64,000 nucleotides of DNA, taken from IMG/VR virus record IMGVR_UViG_3300024999_000038, positions 64,001 to 128,000 of that record, one strand, 5' to 3'. The DNA comes from a virus. Each line of letters starts with the position of its first letter. Position 1 is the stretch's first letter. The notes under the pieces were generated by a model. It was not told the DNA's origin. It did no database searches and saw only the letters and a program-made list of their open reading frames with translations. Below, piece by piece: positions 1 to 11,651 of the stretch. The position numbers and the translations under genes are program-made.

Positions 1-2
1 AG

Positions 3-635
3 AAAGTAAAGTCAATAATTTCTCAGATTCAAAGAACAGGTAAATTCGATTCAACAGAAAATAATATAATGCTAATCGAAGATGAAACAGAAAGAAATTA
101 TGAGATTGCAATATATAACTTGAAACAAACTTTGGATGCAAATCCCAATGATATGCTCATGCAATTTGCATATAAGACCAAAGTAACTGATTTAGCTACA
201 TATAAGCAATCCAGAGAATTAAAACTATTACAAGGTAAAATAGAAGGTTTAGAAAGTGATGTGTCTGGTGTCAAGAAAGATACAGAGCTAATCAAGGGAC
301 AACAAATGTTTGTCTGTAATAGAACTAATTTTAATGATAAAATAAAAATTCTTGCAAATAAATACTATGGAAGGGAAATTTCAAAAGCATATAATGCATT
401 GTTTGCTAAAATGAAACAATTAGGAAGTTTTGATGTATATGCTAGATGTAAAAATGAATGGGATAAAATTAATGAAGATAGAGTAGCAGATGGTAAAGAA
501 CCGTATGCAAAAAGCACATTAAGGGGCAAAGTAAATTATTTGGACATCATTAACAAACATGATAAATGGGAATTATGTTCTGAAGCATACAAAACAATTG
601 AAACAGAAGAGTATACTGCAAACACGGCAAAATAA
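3..635 (+). CDS. BRO-N family antirepressor-like protein, 3' part (starts upstream of window)
   Basis: Frame is open from position 3, reading KVKSIISQIQRTGKF before the tracked Met. This resembles the BRO-N end motif (..VLPSIRKTG.Y) and is followed by a coiled-coil C-terminal region. Confidence 0.55.
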   Translation, partial: KVKSIISQIQRTGKFDSTENNIMLIEDETERNYEIAIYNLKQTLDANPNDMLMQFAYKTKVTDLATYKQSRELKLLQGKIEGLESDVSGVKKDTELIKGQQMFVCNRTNFNDKIKILANKYYGREISKAYNALFAKMKQLGSFDVYARCKNEWDKINEDRVADGKEPYAKSTLRGKVNYLDIINKHDKWELCSEAYKTIETEEYTANTAK

Positions 636-676
636 AAATACATAATAAATATAGTTTAAAATCTTCTGCTTTGTTT

Positions 677-721
677 CCAACCAACGTGACTAAATGCTGT
701 TTTGGTGCGTTGGTTGGTTTT
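677..721 (+). terminator. Rho-independent terminator
   Basis: CCAACCAACG...CGTTGGTTGG stem followed by TTTT, downstream of the 635 stop. Confidence 0.6.
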
Positions 722-877
722 CTAAACCTCCGATAAAAAGCGAATTAAAACCATTATAAATACAAAAATAATATTTTTATTTTACCTCATTTAGTATTGT
801 ATTACTAAATATTTTGTGATAGTATATACCCAAGAGGTAAAACAAACCAGTCAGAAAGTAGGTGAACATATTAAACC

Positions 878-1144
878 ATGAACTTCATAACGCAGAAGGA
901 TCTAGAAAATCTAATCACAAAATTCAACAGCACAGATTCTTCGGTCATCAAGAAAAACTTAATCAGAATTATTGATAACTCTCAATACAACCGAAGTAAT
1001 CAGATGTTGGCTGATAAAGTAGGAGTAAGCGTTCAGACAATTTATCTATATCGACAGGTTCAGAAGAAAAGCAATATTAGTTTTGAAGTCATTCTTAAAT
1101 TAGCAAATGCTTTAAGTGTTAAGGTAGAAGATTTTATGGAGTAG
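878..1144 (+). CDS. XRE/Cro-family helix-turn-helix regulator
   Basis: SNQMLADKVGVSVQTIY...ISFEVILKLANALSVKVEDF is a typical XRE HTH. Confidence 0.8.
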   Translation: MNFITQKDLENLITKFNSTDSSVIKKNLIRIIDNSQYNRSNQMLADKVGVSVQTIYLYRQVQKKSNISFEVILKLANALSVKVEDFME

Positions 1145-4100
1145 AAAGGATAGTTGAGTCATGACTGATGATAAACTTCTAAATGAAAAAATGGCTCAAA
1201 TAAGAGAGCAAGTAATTCAACACAAATTGCAAAAGTTTGAACGAAGAATTAAACCTGTTTTCATATCTTGGATGATTAGTATTATTACTTTAATCTTAAT
1301 ATTGGCTTTTACTAATGTTGCCAATCAATATGTTTCGTATCTAATTTTTATTCTAATGATGTATGTTGGAGCAATTCCTAGTGGTTTGATTTTATATATG
1401 ATATTCAGAGGTTTAAAAAAATTGGCTCGTTAATTATTGAGTTCAAAGATGAGGAGGAAAATATCATGAAATGTCAAGATTGTGGAAGAGAATGTTTTGA
1501 TGATAAATATCCAGAAATAGTATTCAAAGATAAATACCATTGTATCTGTGAAAATTGCAGTATCAACTATTATGAAGATTCAAAAGGTAAAATCAAATTG
1601 AGAGAAAGATTTTAAAGGAGTGGTAAAAATGATCAATACAAATGATTGGATTCATACTGGAGAAACTGAAACGGGGCTACAAATTTTTATCAAAATTGAT
1701 GATTTACATGGAGAAAGATATTTGAAAGTTCAGTATAAAGATCCTAGTGGAAATAAAGTTGGAGAGATGCAATTATACACTGTTAAACAAGTAAGATTGT
1801 TAAACAGTTTAATTGATTCTTGGGATACAGGAATAGAAGGAGGAAATATTATGTTAAATTGGACAAAGATTAATGAAAAAGGTGTTTCAATTAAATGTTC
1901 AAATGAAAATGAGAGAACTATGTTTTTACAAGAATGTGAAAAGGCAAATATCAATTGGAAAAGCGGATTAAAACCAATGGAAGTATCTAAATGTTATAGA
2001 AATATTTCTACAAATTGTGGTGCATATTTGACAGAAGGTTCAGACATAACATTTGACAACATTTATGTTAATTTTTCAGAAGTTTTAATACAGGATAATT
2101 TAGTTTAAGGAGGCAAACACAATGAAAAAGTTAATATGGAAAGACATGAGCAACGAGTCAACATCAATACTTGAATGGTTAGAAAGTCCTGTGACTGATA
2201 AGAAATTAACTCTTACTGTCAAGAAAAATCAAATGTGGTCTAGAGAATGGGGAAATATCAATATCATGGCGACTGAGGATATATTAGATGAAATAAGGCA
2301 ATATGTTAATCAAGAGGATGATATTATTATGGTTGAGGATAATGGAGATAAGTTAATTTTTAGATTGAAATAAGGAGGAAATTATTATGACAATGGATAA
2401 AATGTTCTCTATGTTTTCTAATGAAAAATTAAAGGAAGCTTTTGAAGAGTTTCAAGAACATGAAGCAACACAAGTTCTTAAAGATGGAATTCTAAGAGAT
2501 ATGGTTAATTTAATTGAAGAGCAAAGTCCAAACCAAAATACTATGGTGTTAATGATTAGTGTAGAACATGGATTGCTAAGAGAAATGGCAACAAGATATT
2601 ATAATCTTGCCGAGTCAAAGGAAAATATAGTCATTACTAAGTTACCAGATAAATTCAAATTTAAAAGTACAACTAAAGGAATGCAAGAAGTAATATATAC
2701 AGCAATTAAAGCCGGAAACAGCTATGTCATTACTTGGAATTTCTTAGGAGAAAATCAAGATATGGTCATGAGCGTAGGAACTATGAATTATCATTTTAAT
2801 CAAAATGAATATGAATTTGTTTATGCTTAAAACAAATGAAAGGAAGGATTTAATTGATGTTTAATAAAGTTTTTTATGCCACCATAGATAAGGTTCTAAT
2901 CGAAGAATTTATATTAGAGGTTGGAATGCCACTACCCGTAACTGGTGAATATGTATGCCTCAATGAAAAACATTATCAAGTGACACATCGAGATTTTGAT
3001 TACAGCAAAAAGTTAATTGTTATTATTATTGAATTAACATAAATATACTATTTTATATCCAATAAGAAAGGAGTTTATTGAATGCAATCAATAATGAGAA
3101 CAACTAAAGAAGATACAGAAGTTTTAGATAGAGCAAGAAAAAGAATAAAAATGGGAGATGTCGTTTTATATCAAGATAAAAAACTAAAGAAAATTAAAAA
3201 TGGTTGGGAAGAAGTAGACAATAAAGCATATGCAAAATTAGTTATTATACAGGTTTAAAACAAAATCAATACAAGTAATTGAAATGAGGGGGAAGGATAG
3301 CATGAAAGGGATATATACCGATAAGGATTTATGTCCAGTATGTAAAAGAAGACATATCACATATGATAGAATGGAAGTTACCAATGACAATATCGGAGTT
3401 TGCGGAAAAGAATGTAAAGAAAAACATGATGGAGAAATTGAGTTAAATTGTAAAACTAAATAAACTCCCGAATTCATGCTATCGTAAAATGGAAGGATGA
3501 TTATTAATATGAACTCAGAATTTGAATCAATTGAATCTAGAAAGAAAATCGAATTATCTTTGAATGAACTTAAAAATCTAAACAATGAACATATTTTAAT
3601 TAAATCATTACCAAAATGGTTGAGTGTGAACAAAAAGTGTGAATCTATTGAAGAATATCGGAAGATTAGTTCTGGTACTAAAATATCACCTAAGAAATTA
3701 GATTTGCCTTGGAAATGGAACGAAAACAATTATGGTGAGTATTGGATTGCTTATCTCTGTAAATAAGGTGATAAGAATTCTTAGTATTATAAAATGAAAG
3801 GATGATTATATTAATGGAAAAAATTGATAAAGGATTATTATATGATATTACTGAAAAAATCATTAAACATAACGAGACTGAAGTTGATAACAAATTTAAT
3901 CAACTCTGCGTATGGCAAGGTACTATATTGAAGTAGTCGTAAAATGGGATGAAGAAAATCAAGAATTTGGAGTAGAAACTATTGGTAAATCTGGATTTTG
4001 GTTTACGTTAAAAGAATTCTATAATGCTTGGGATACTAGTATATATAGAACTGGAAATATACTCGAAAGACCAAAGGAAAGATTAATTTAAAAAATATTA

Positions 4101-6376
4101 TAAACTGATTCGACAAAGGGCGAACAGTTAAAAGGAGATTATTAAAATGGGTGTAAGTACATGTGGAGCTTTAAAAAGAGAAGTAACTGCTAAAGAAGTT
4201 TTTGATTTTGTTGTAACCAATTTTGATCAAAAGGCCAAGTTAGAACAAAATTCAACCGACTCTCATTATATTAATTTAAATTATCTAGGCGAAACTAGAT
4301 CCCTTCATATTTACTACGGTAATGATTATAGAGAAGAAACAGATGGATATAGCGCAAATAACGAAATTACTGAGATTAGCGTTAATAAATGGGGTCACGC
4401 AGAACAAATTGTTGAACCAATTGTAAAACATTTTGGAGGTTGGTATATTGCTGATGATTGTATTAGTCATCGAGAAGAACATGTTATCTTTTATGAATTC
4501 AATGTAAGTCCTGATGTTATTACAACTACACCAATTGAAAGATATGTTTTTGATAAATTAGCAGAGGAAAAAGATTGGAAATTAAAAATTAAACTAGCAC
4601 AATTTATTAAAGACAATTTAGATGAGATTAAAACCTTCCAAAGATAGATTTGATGCTATATAAAAATTAAAGGAGTGATACTAATGGTAAAAAGATGTCC
4701 ATTTATATGTAATTCCGAAACTAAATCTAATAGTGGAACTACTGGTAATTTGACTTGTGGTTATTCTGTCACAATTTCTTTTGGAGAGTGTCATGAAGAA
4801 CAATGTCAAGCGTGGGATGTAGAAACTAAAAAATGTTTAAGAATGAATTTTCCTTTTCCTGTAGAAAAATCAACCACTAATCCTATTAATCAAATAGAAG
4901 ATGCCGTTGATTTAACTAAATCATTAACTAAATCTCCTTGTGGAGCAGATACATGTTCTGAATGTCCTGATTACGGTTATGCTAATGAATATCCTTGTCT
5001 AGATTGGAGTGATGCGGAAATTCAACATAGGAAAATGTATCAAAAAAAGAAAGAAGGAAATTAAAATGAGCGAATACTCTCAATTTGCACTAAGTAAATT
5101 ACAAGCACTATCAGAACAAATTATTAAAGATTTAAATTGCTATAGAGTGTCAACATATTGTTATGATAATTCTTTTTGTATCAGTATCAAAAAAGTTTTT
5201 GATTTTTCCAATTTAGAAAGTTTACAAAAAATTAGTAAATCAATAATCGAATATTTCAATATTGAAAATCCAGAAGTTTCGATAAATTCTAAAAGAGAAA
5301 TGTTAATTGTTAAATCTGATAAAATTGAGATAGAAGTAGAAGTTTATAGTTGATGGGATTTTTAGAAAGGTACAATTTTTAAATTAAAAAGGAAGTGATA
5401 ATTTGAGTATCAATATTGCTTGCAAAGGTTGCAAATTTTCTTCTCAATACAAAGGAATTAACAATAGATGGTGTTCATTAAGGAATGGAACTGTCACTAA
5501 TATTCGTAATTGTAAGGATAGGAAAGGATGATAAATTATGAAATTATGGGAGATTGTTAAATTAGTATCCGAAGAACAAATGCTTTGTCAAGGATATAAA
5601 TGGAAAGGTATAAACACACCAATAAACCTGATAATTGAGTTTGATAATGGTTGCTTAGTATATAATACTCTTATGAGTGACACTATTTCTAGAGATCCTG
5701 TATCACTATGCAGCGAAATGTATACTGACTTTGAAAGAATTTAAAAAGGTATTTTTGGGATAATTAAGGAAAGAAGGAATTTAAGATGGTGGAAGCAACA
5801 GGAGTATGTTCAAGATGTAAATATATGTGGTTTGATGTATCTACCCAACCTTGTAGGAATTGCAAAGAGTGTTCTAAGTATGGTGGAACTGAAAACAATT
5901 TTGAAGAGAAAGAAAGTGGTGAATAAAATGAGCTTAGTAACAATGACGGTTAAACAAATAATGGATTTGGGTTTATGGGAAAAGGTTTGTGATTATAAAG
6001 GTTGGAATTTATGGATTGTAAATGAAGGGAAAATTGATTCTTCTGAAGAAGTTGAATTTGACACAGAATTTAAAAAGGAAAATAGTAAGTATCTCGAAGC
6101 ATTGCCAATTTCAATTAAAGATATGGATTTATTTTCATATAATATCAGTTGTACTCCTAGTTATCAAGGTATGTATTTTGGAATCATATTTGCTAAAGAT
6201 AAACAAGATGCATTAGAGAAAATTAATGTACAATATTCTTGGGAAGATGATCTTAAAATAACGTTAGATGATATTACACTTTTAGACTACAATCAATTTG
6301 AAAATGATTGTTATGAAATAGGAAGTCATAGAGAATAGACTACCGGAAAGAAGTAAATTTTAAATACTTTAAATTA

Positions 6377-6664
6377 TTGAAAGAAGGAATTATTATGAAT
6401 GAGAAAATTGCAGTACAAATAATGAAAAAGATAATTGTTCTTAATTATCCAGATAATTCAACTGTTTTTAGAGAAGCATTAGATTTAGCAATAAAAGCTT
6501 TAGAGAAGCAAATACCTAAGAAGCCAATAATGGGAAAATGGAATCCTGCTCGATGCCCTTCGTGTGATGAAGCGCTGAGTGAAAGTGCAGGAGATGGTTA
6601 TTATAGACACAATTCCTTCTTAGATATATGCGATTGCGGACAAAAATTGAATTGGAATAATTAG
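6377..6664 (+). CDS. Phage Zn-ribbon protein (QIPKKP...CPxC...CGQKLxW type)
   Basis: AIKALEKQIPKKP...CPSC...CDCGQKLNW; likely start at the ATG at 6395. Confidence 0.6.
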   Translation: MKEGIIMNEKIAVQIMKKIIVLNYPDNSTVFREALDLAIKALEKQIPKKPIMGKWNPARCPSCDEALSESAGDGYYRHNSFLDICDCGQKLNWNN

Positions 6665-6727
6665 AGACTCTTACTACAGTAGGGTTACAGGATTCTCTAA
6701 ATCCCAAGAAAGACTCATTTCAAAGTT
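6663..6727. repeat. Composite 65-bp site, copy 1
   Basis: AGAGACTCTT-actacag-TAGGGTTACA-ggattctctaaa-TCCCAA-GAAA-gactca-TTTC-AAAGTT. Confidence 0.7.
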
Positions 6728-6958
6728 AGGAGGTTTATCAATGAAATTTTATGAATTTGAACAAAAGAAACCAAAAAACAATAGGGATCTATTAATTCAA
6801 TTTAAAGAATATGGTTGGGGAATTGGAAATACTCTTAGTACAGGTTGTGCTAAATTTGTAGAGGATAAATGCATTATGTTTCCTACTATTTTAGAGATAG
6901 AAATGTCTTTAGATAGAATTGTAAGATGGAGTTATATTTAGAAAGCGAGGGAATATAA

Positions 6959-7300
6959 ATGTCTAAATGTCTAAGATGTGGTTATTGTTGTAAAGGTTAC
7001 TTATGTTTTGTACCTAAATATGAAACCAGTAACTTATCTCCTGAATTTCTAGAATCTATAAATGAAGATCGTCTAAATGATTATATAAATGAAAATATCC
7101 AAGAGCAAGGAGATATTTGTAAGTGGTTAACTGTTGATGAGCAAGGACTACATAGTTGTTCTGCTTATGAAAGAAGGTCTAGTATGTGTAGAGATCATAA
7201 TTCTTTGATTGGAATATGTCGAGTTGGTCAGGCATATTGGAATAAGAAAGACGATATTCCTGAAGAAATTAAAATTATGTTAAATGAGAGGAAGATGTAA
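6959..7300 (+). CDS. YkgJ-like Zn/Fe-S cysteine-cluster protein
   Basis: CLRCGYCC...CKWL...CSAYERRSSMCR motif. Confidence 0.65.
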   Translation: MSKCLRCGYCCKGYLCFVPKYETSNLSPEFLESINEDRLNDYINENIQEQGDICKWLTVDEQGLHSCSAYERRSSMCRDHNSLIGICRVGQAYWNKKDDIPEEIKIMLNERKM

Positions 7301-7527
7301 AATGGAAGAAAGAGATTATTCATTAACATTTGGGTTCATTGGAGAAATTGAGGATATGTATAATGAACTAAGATACCTTAGAAAAGAAGTAGTAAGATTA
7401 CAGGGGATTGAAAAACAATTTAATGACTCAGTGCAAGAATCAATTAAAAACAGCCATGAAATGATGGGTAATTGGTTAAATGTTTTAACAAGTGGTAAAA
7501 TATCAATTAATCCATAATCATCAAAAG

Positions 7528-7592
7528 TGAAACCCTTATGGGAGTAGGGTTACAGGGTTTGATACTTAGGATAAAATACTTATTTGAAAGGA
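7528..7592. repeat. Composite 65-bp site, copy 2
   Basis: TGAAACCCTT-atgggag-TAGGGTTACA-gggtttgatact-TAGGAT-AAAA-tactta-TTTG-AAAGGA. Confidence 0.7.
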
Positions 7593-7606
7593 GGATAAAA
7601 AACAAA

Positions 7607-7780
7607 TTGGATGAAAAAGAAATACCAAAAGCATTAAAATTATATCATGGGACATATAAAAGAGATCGTGGTAGAGTTCATTGTCCTAATTGCGAAGAGT
7701 TATTACCAGTAGGAAACGGAAAAATTTCGAATTGTCCGTTTTGTGACCAAAAATTAGATTGGGATTTACCAATGAAGTAA
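7607..7780 (+). CDS. Phage Zn-ribbon protein
   Basis: TTG start after GGAGG; EIPK...CPNC...CPFCDQKLDW. The tracked upstream start at 7538 lies inside a composite site. Confidence 0.55.
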   Translation: MDEKEIPKALKLYHGTYKRDRGRVHCPNCEELLPVGNGKISNCPFCDQKLDWDLPMK

Positions 7781-8777
7781 ATTATATAGATGAAGGATGA
7801 GATTTAATTATGTTTATTGTTTATGAGATTACAGCAACAGCACATTTTGCTTTTTTCAATGAACAAAAAGTAAGGCACAGAGAATTAATTACTGATAAAA
7901 ATATTATCACAGATAAATTCTTAAAGGATTGGGAACAAAGAGTTATTCGAGCAACAAAGGAAAATATGAGAGAAGTTTTAAAACTGACTGATTTTAAAAT
8001 TGAAGAACTTGTTGTGTTGGAATCTTTAGATGAATTAAGAAAGTAAGAGGAGGAGATAAAATGAAAGAATTTATTATTAATCATTTTAAAATAATTTATG
8101 GTGGTGGATTAATCATATTATTTGTTTTGATTTTGCTTCAATCATTTATGGGAAAATTTTATCCAAGAAGTTAATTTAGACGAGGAGGAATAAAATTGAA
8201 ACAAAAATCAGAAGTAGAAAAATTCCTAAACAAAACAAAGAAAAAGTTTGATCATTTTTACGGTGAAGATGTGGTAAAAATCATAGACAATAATTTTGAA
8301 ATGCATATGATTATAAGAACTAAGCATAGTTTAAATATTCCATCTAGAGAAGACAATGAACACACTTATTATTTTCTTAGAGAAATTCTAGATAAATCGG
8401 ATCAAATATTTATCAATGTTAATCATGAAGGGTTATTGGAGACTTGGTTTGTGTTTAATGGTTTAGATTTTAATTTATAGAAGGAGAGATTAATTATGAA
8501 TATTAATTATAAATTTGAAGGCAATAAAATAACTAAAACTATTGAATCTAAACTTACTGAAAAAGAAATCGATTTATTAAAAAGAATAAATCATGAATGT
8601 AAAGTTAATATTACCAGTTGTCCTAGATTCGATGAAGAAAGAGAACTAAATATATCTGTTTATCATTTAAGAAAATGCAATTTAGTAAAAGATCAATTTG
8701 GAATAGATGAATATACAATTACAGATATTGGCTGTGATTTTCTTAAAAGTTATGATAATTTCCATAATTCCAAAAAC

Positions 8778-8842
8778 TAAGAATCAAGCTACAAACCACT
8801 TTCAGGGTTCACAATATCCCATAAAAATTGCATTTTAAACCA
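8778..8842. repeat. Composite 65-bp site, copy 3 (degenerate left part)
   Basis: TAAGAATCAA-gctacaa-ACCACTTTCA-gggttcacaata-TCCCAT-AAAA-attgca-TTTT-AAACCA. Confidence 0.55.
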
Positions 8843-9549
8843 TCAAAACATTAAGGAGGTAAACTTTTGAAGAATTTTTATTTAACAGATTCAATGAATA
8901 AATCAGAAAAAATAAATGCAACGAAGGAATTTTTAAATGATTATATAGATGAAGTAGAAAATTCTGACAGTGATTATGTAAAATTAAATTGTGGAGAAGC
9001 AGTTGAAATGTATAAATTACTTTTAGAACTTATTAATTTAGCATAAAGAAGGAGAGATTTAATTATGAAAGCAATTGTAAAAGGTAATCAAATCCAATGC
9101 CCAATATGCCAAAACAATGAATTTAATATAGAAGAAGATATTGAAATTAGAGGAACAATAAGAAAGAATTTTGAAGATCATTTGTATAATATCTGCAAAG
9201 ATGAATTGGAATGTAGGAATTGTTGATGGACAGGATATTTTCAAAATAATGTAGATCCTGAAAAAGATTATAAAGCAAATAAAATTACTTATGAAAGATA
9301 ATTATATTCAATTAAAAATTAAAGTAATCCGCAATTGTAAATCCTGCTTATACCACTATATGAAAGACCTAGAGGATGATCAATGTTATGAGAAAGGTGG
9401 TTGTGCTCAATTCTCTCCCATAGGACTTAGACCGAAAGATGTTGAAGTTGTTGTAGAAATTATGTCAGATAAATCCAAACATTCTCTTGAAATACATTAT
9501 GATTAGTGATATGATAAATCAAGAAATAATTATATTGGAGGCATATAAA

Positions 9550-9790
9550 ATGACATCACCAGCAAGAGAAAAACATATCGCTTCAATCAACGCTACCTTA
9601 GTCAAACATGGAGACATACTTGACTGATGGGGAATGTACCATATTGGAAACTATAAATTTGATACACGCCAAGTAAATCTTAAAATATATTTTGGTAAAA
9701 TTAAAATAAAGTCAATAGTTATGACTAAATTAGATTTAGAATCGTCGAGAAAATGTTGGTAATTTATACAAAGAATGAATGTGGAAACTA
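9550..9790 (+). pseudogene. Probable pseudogene
   Basis: GGAGG RBS and ATG at 9550; in-frame TGA at 9625-9627 (…DILD*WGMYHIGNYKFDTR…), after which the frame stays open; probable late frameshift. Confidence 0.45.
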
Positions 9791-10120
9791 ATGGCTTTGA
9801 AACAATGGATTGATGCTATCCGAGAATATTTTAAACGACCACCTACATATGATCAACAATGGAAAAATAATTATTTTACAAAGGAGGTTATTTAAATGAA
9901 TGAAGCAGATAAAAACCTTGAGGATTTTAAAGAAGCTCAAAAACAATTAATTGAGTTGCTAAAAGAAGAAACTTTAGAAAGCATTCAACAAAAGATAAAT
10001 GATTCTAAAGGAGAAGTAAAAGAACTTTGGAAATGGGTATTGAATGCAAAAATATATTATGATAATTTATGTAAACAATGTAAAAGGTAAAAATAATTAA
10101 ATATAGAGGAGTTGAAACAA

Positions 10121-10240
10121 ATGAAAAAGATACTCATAATTGCCGTTCTAATCATTCTAACAGTAGCAACTTATATTAACCTAAAATCTACCAATTCAAA
10201 TGCTTACAAGTCCAATCCAGGGCATACAGTGAAGATTTAA
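10121..10240 (+). CDS. Small secreted peptide (39 aa), Phr/AimP-like propeptide architecture
   Basis: GAGGAG RBS; MKKILIIAVLIILTVATYINLKSTNSNAYKSNPGHTVKI has a basic N-terminus, hydrophobic core and polar tail. Not in the ORF track. Confidence 0.6.
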   Translation: MKKILIIAVLIILTVATYINLKSTNSNAYKSNPGHTVKI

Positions 10241-10267
10241 ACCACAAAAAGGAGATGAGTCTGCCTT

Positions 10268-10846
10268 ATGGAATTCGTCCAACCAATACGCGACAAAACA
10301 AAAATTGAACAAATGAAACAATATCTAAAATCACATTCACTTAGAGATTATACCCTTTTCACATTAGGAATTAATTCCGGCCTAAGAATATCTGATTTGC
10401 TAAAAATGAAAGTATCTGATGTTGTAAGCGAGGATGGTAAAATTAAGGATCGGATTTCTATTCGAGAGAAAAAGACTGGCAAGGCGAAGACGTTTCCTTT
10501 TAGTCAAAATGTAGTCGAAGCATTAAAAGAATATCTTATCACAATTCCAAGTAATCAAATAATGCTATTTGCTTCTAGAAAAATTGAAGGCTCCGAAGGT
10601 AAAGGTTCCATAAGCAGACAAAGAGCATACACCATATTAAATGAAGCAGCTAAAGCTTGCGACATAAAAGGACAAATTGCGACACATTCACTTAGAAAAA
10701 CTTTCGGATTTATGGCTTATGAAGCTGGAGTGGACATAACTCGTATCCAGTCCATTCTCAACCATTCTTCGCCTAAAGAAACGCTCAGATATATTGGTAT
10801 AACTCAAGATGAACTGGATGACGTTTATTTAGAATTAAACCTTTGA
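10268..10846 (+). CDS. Tyrosine recombinase (catalytic-domain-only, 192 aa)
   Basis: Full catalytic set: GLRISD (R), EKKTGK (K), HSLRKT (HxxR), LNHSS (H), RYIG (Y). Confidence 0.93.
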   Translation: MEFVQPIRDKTKIEQMKQYLKSHSLRDYTLFTLGINSGLRISDLLKMKVSDVVSEDGKIKDRISIREKKTGKAKTFPFSQNVVEALKEYLITIPSNQIMLFASRKIEGSEGKGSISRQRAYTILNEAAKACDIKGQIATHSLRKTFGFMAYEAGVDITRIQSILNHSSPKETLRYIGITQDELDDVYLELNL

Positions 10847-11450
10847 TTAAGAGAAGGAGGTGAGAAATACTGAAATATAATTTCAAAAGCGATGGATACC
10901 CATTAAAATGTAAATGTGGTGAATGGTCTAAATGGTGCTTAGTTCTTGATTCAGGCAAAGAAATCTATGTTTGCGAACGATGTTTTAAAAAAGATTGGGA
11001 CAGAAGATTAAAGTAAGATTTATTATACAATTTTAATTAGAATCTAATTAGATACAAAAATAATTATAGAGAGGAGCAATTACATAATGTATCAATTATA
11101 TTTCCTACCAAAGCGAGTCATCCAAGAATATCAAACTAAAATTCATGGTGGTAAAAACTTAACTTCTCCAATAATATCTCGTAGAGTAAGTGCAATGATT
11201 TACGCTACAAAATATTGTAGAGTTGATTTAGGCAATGGCAAATATCAACATCGTTTTGGTCACTGTAAGATAACTGTTGAAGAAAATGCTAAAGTTGTAT
11301 CTAAGATTGAATATACTATTGTCGGCAATGTTAGTGGAAGTGATGGCAAGTTTTATGATCAATTATGTAAGATTTGCTATAGACTTAATGATAAGCATAC
11401 AGATTTTGCTTCAAGTAGTAAAAATAAAAATTATAGACAGGATGATAAAA

Positions 11451-11651
11451 TTGGAAACAAAAGAATGTCCCAAATGTAACAGCATCAATGTTGGTTTATA
11501 CCAAAATATATGTGAAACTACTTCAAATGGATTTGGATTAAGAATACAATGTAATGTTTGTAAATTTGTTCCACCTAAGTCAAAATGGCAATGGAATTCA
11601 GCTAAAAAAGCAATTGAAATTTGGAATAAATATAAAAGAAAAATAGATTAA
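11451..11651 (+). CDS. Lar-like (restriction alleviation family) Zn-finger protein
   Basis: TTG start; KECPKC...IQCNVC...AKKAIEIWN pattern. Confidence 0.5.
   Translation: METKECPKCNSINVGLYQNICETTSNGFGLRIQCNVCKFVPPKSKWQWNSAKKAIEIWNKYKRKID

Noticed and set aside
3875-4091. LINSAYGK (family B polymerase motif-like) in one frame; YopX-like C-terminal fragment at 3912-4091
   Set aside because: The motif is in a very short frame with no polymerase context. The fragment lacks an RBS and is too short to call.
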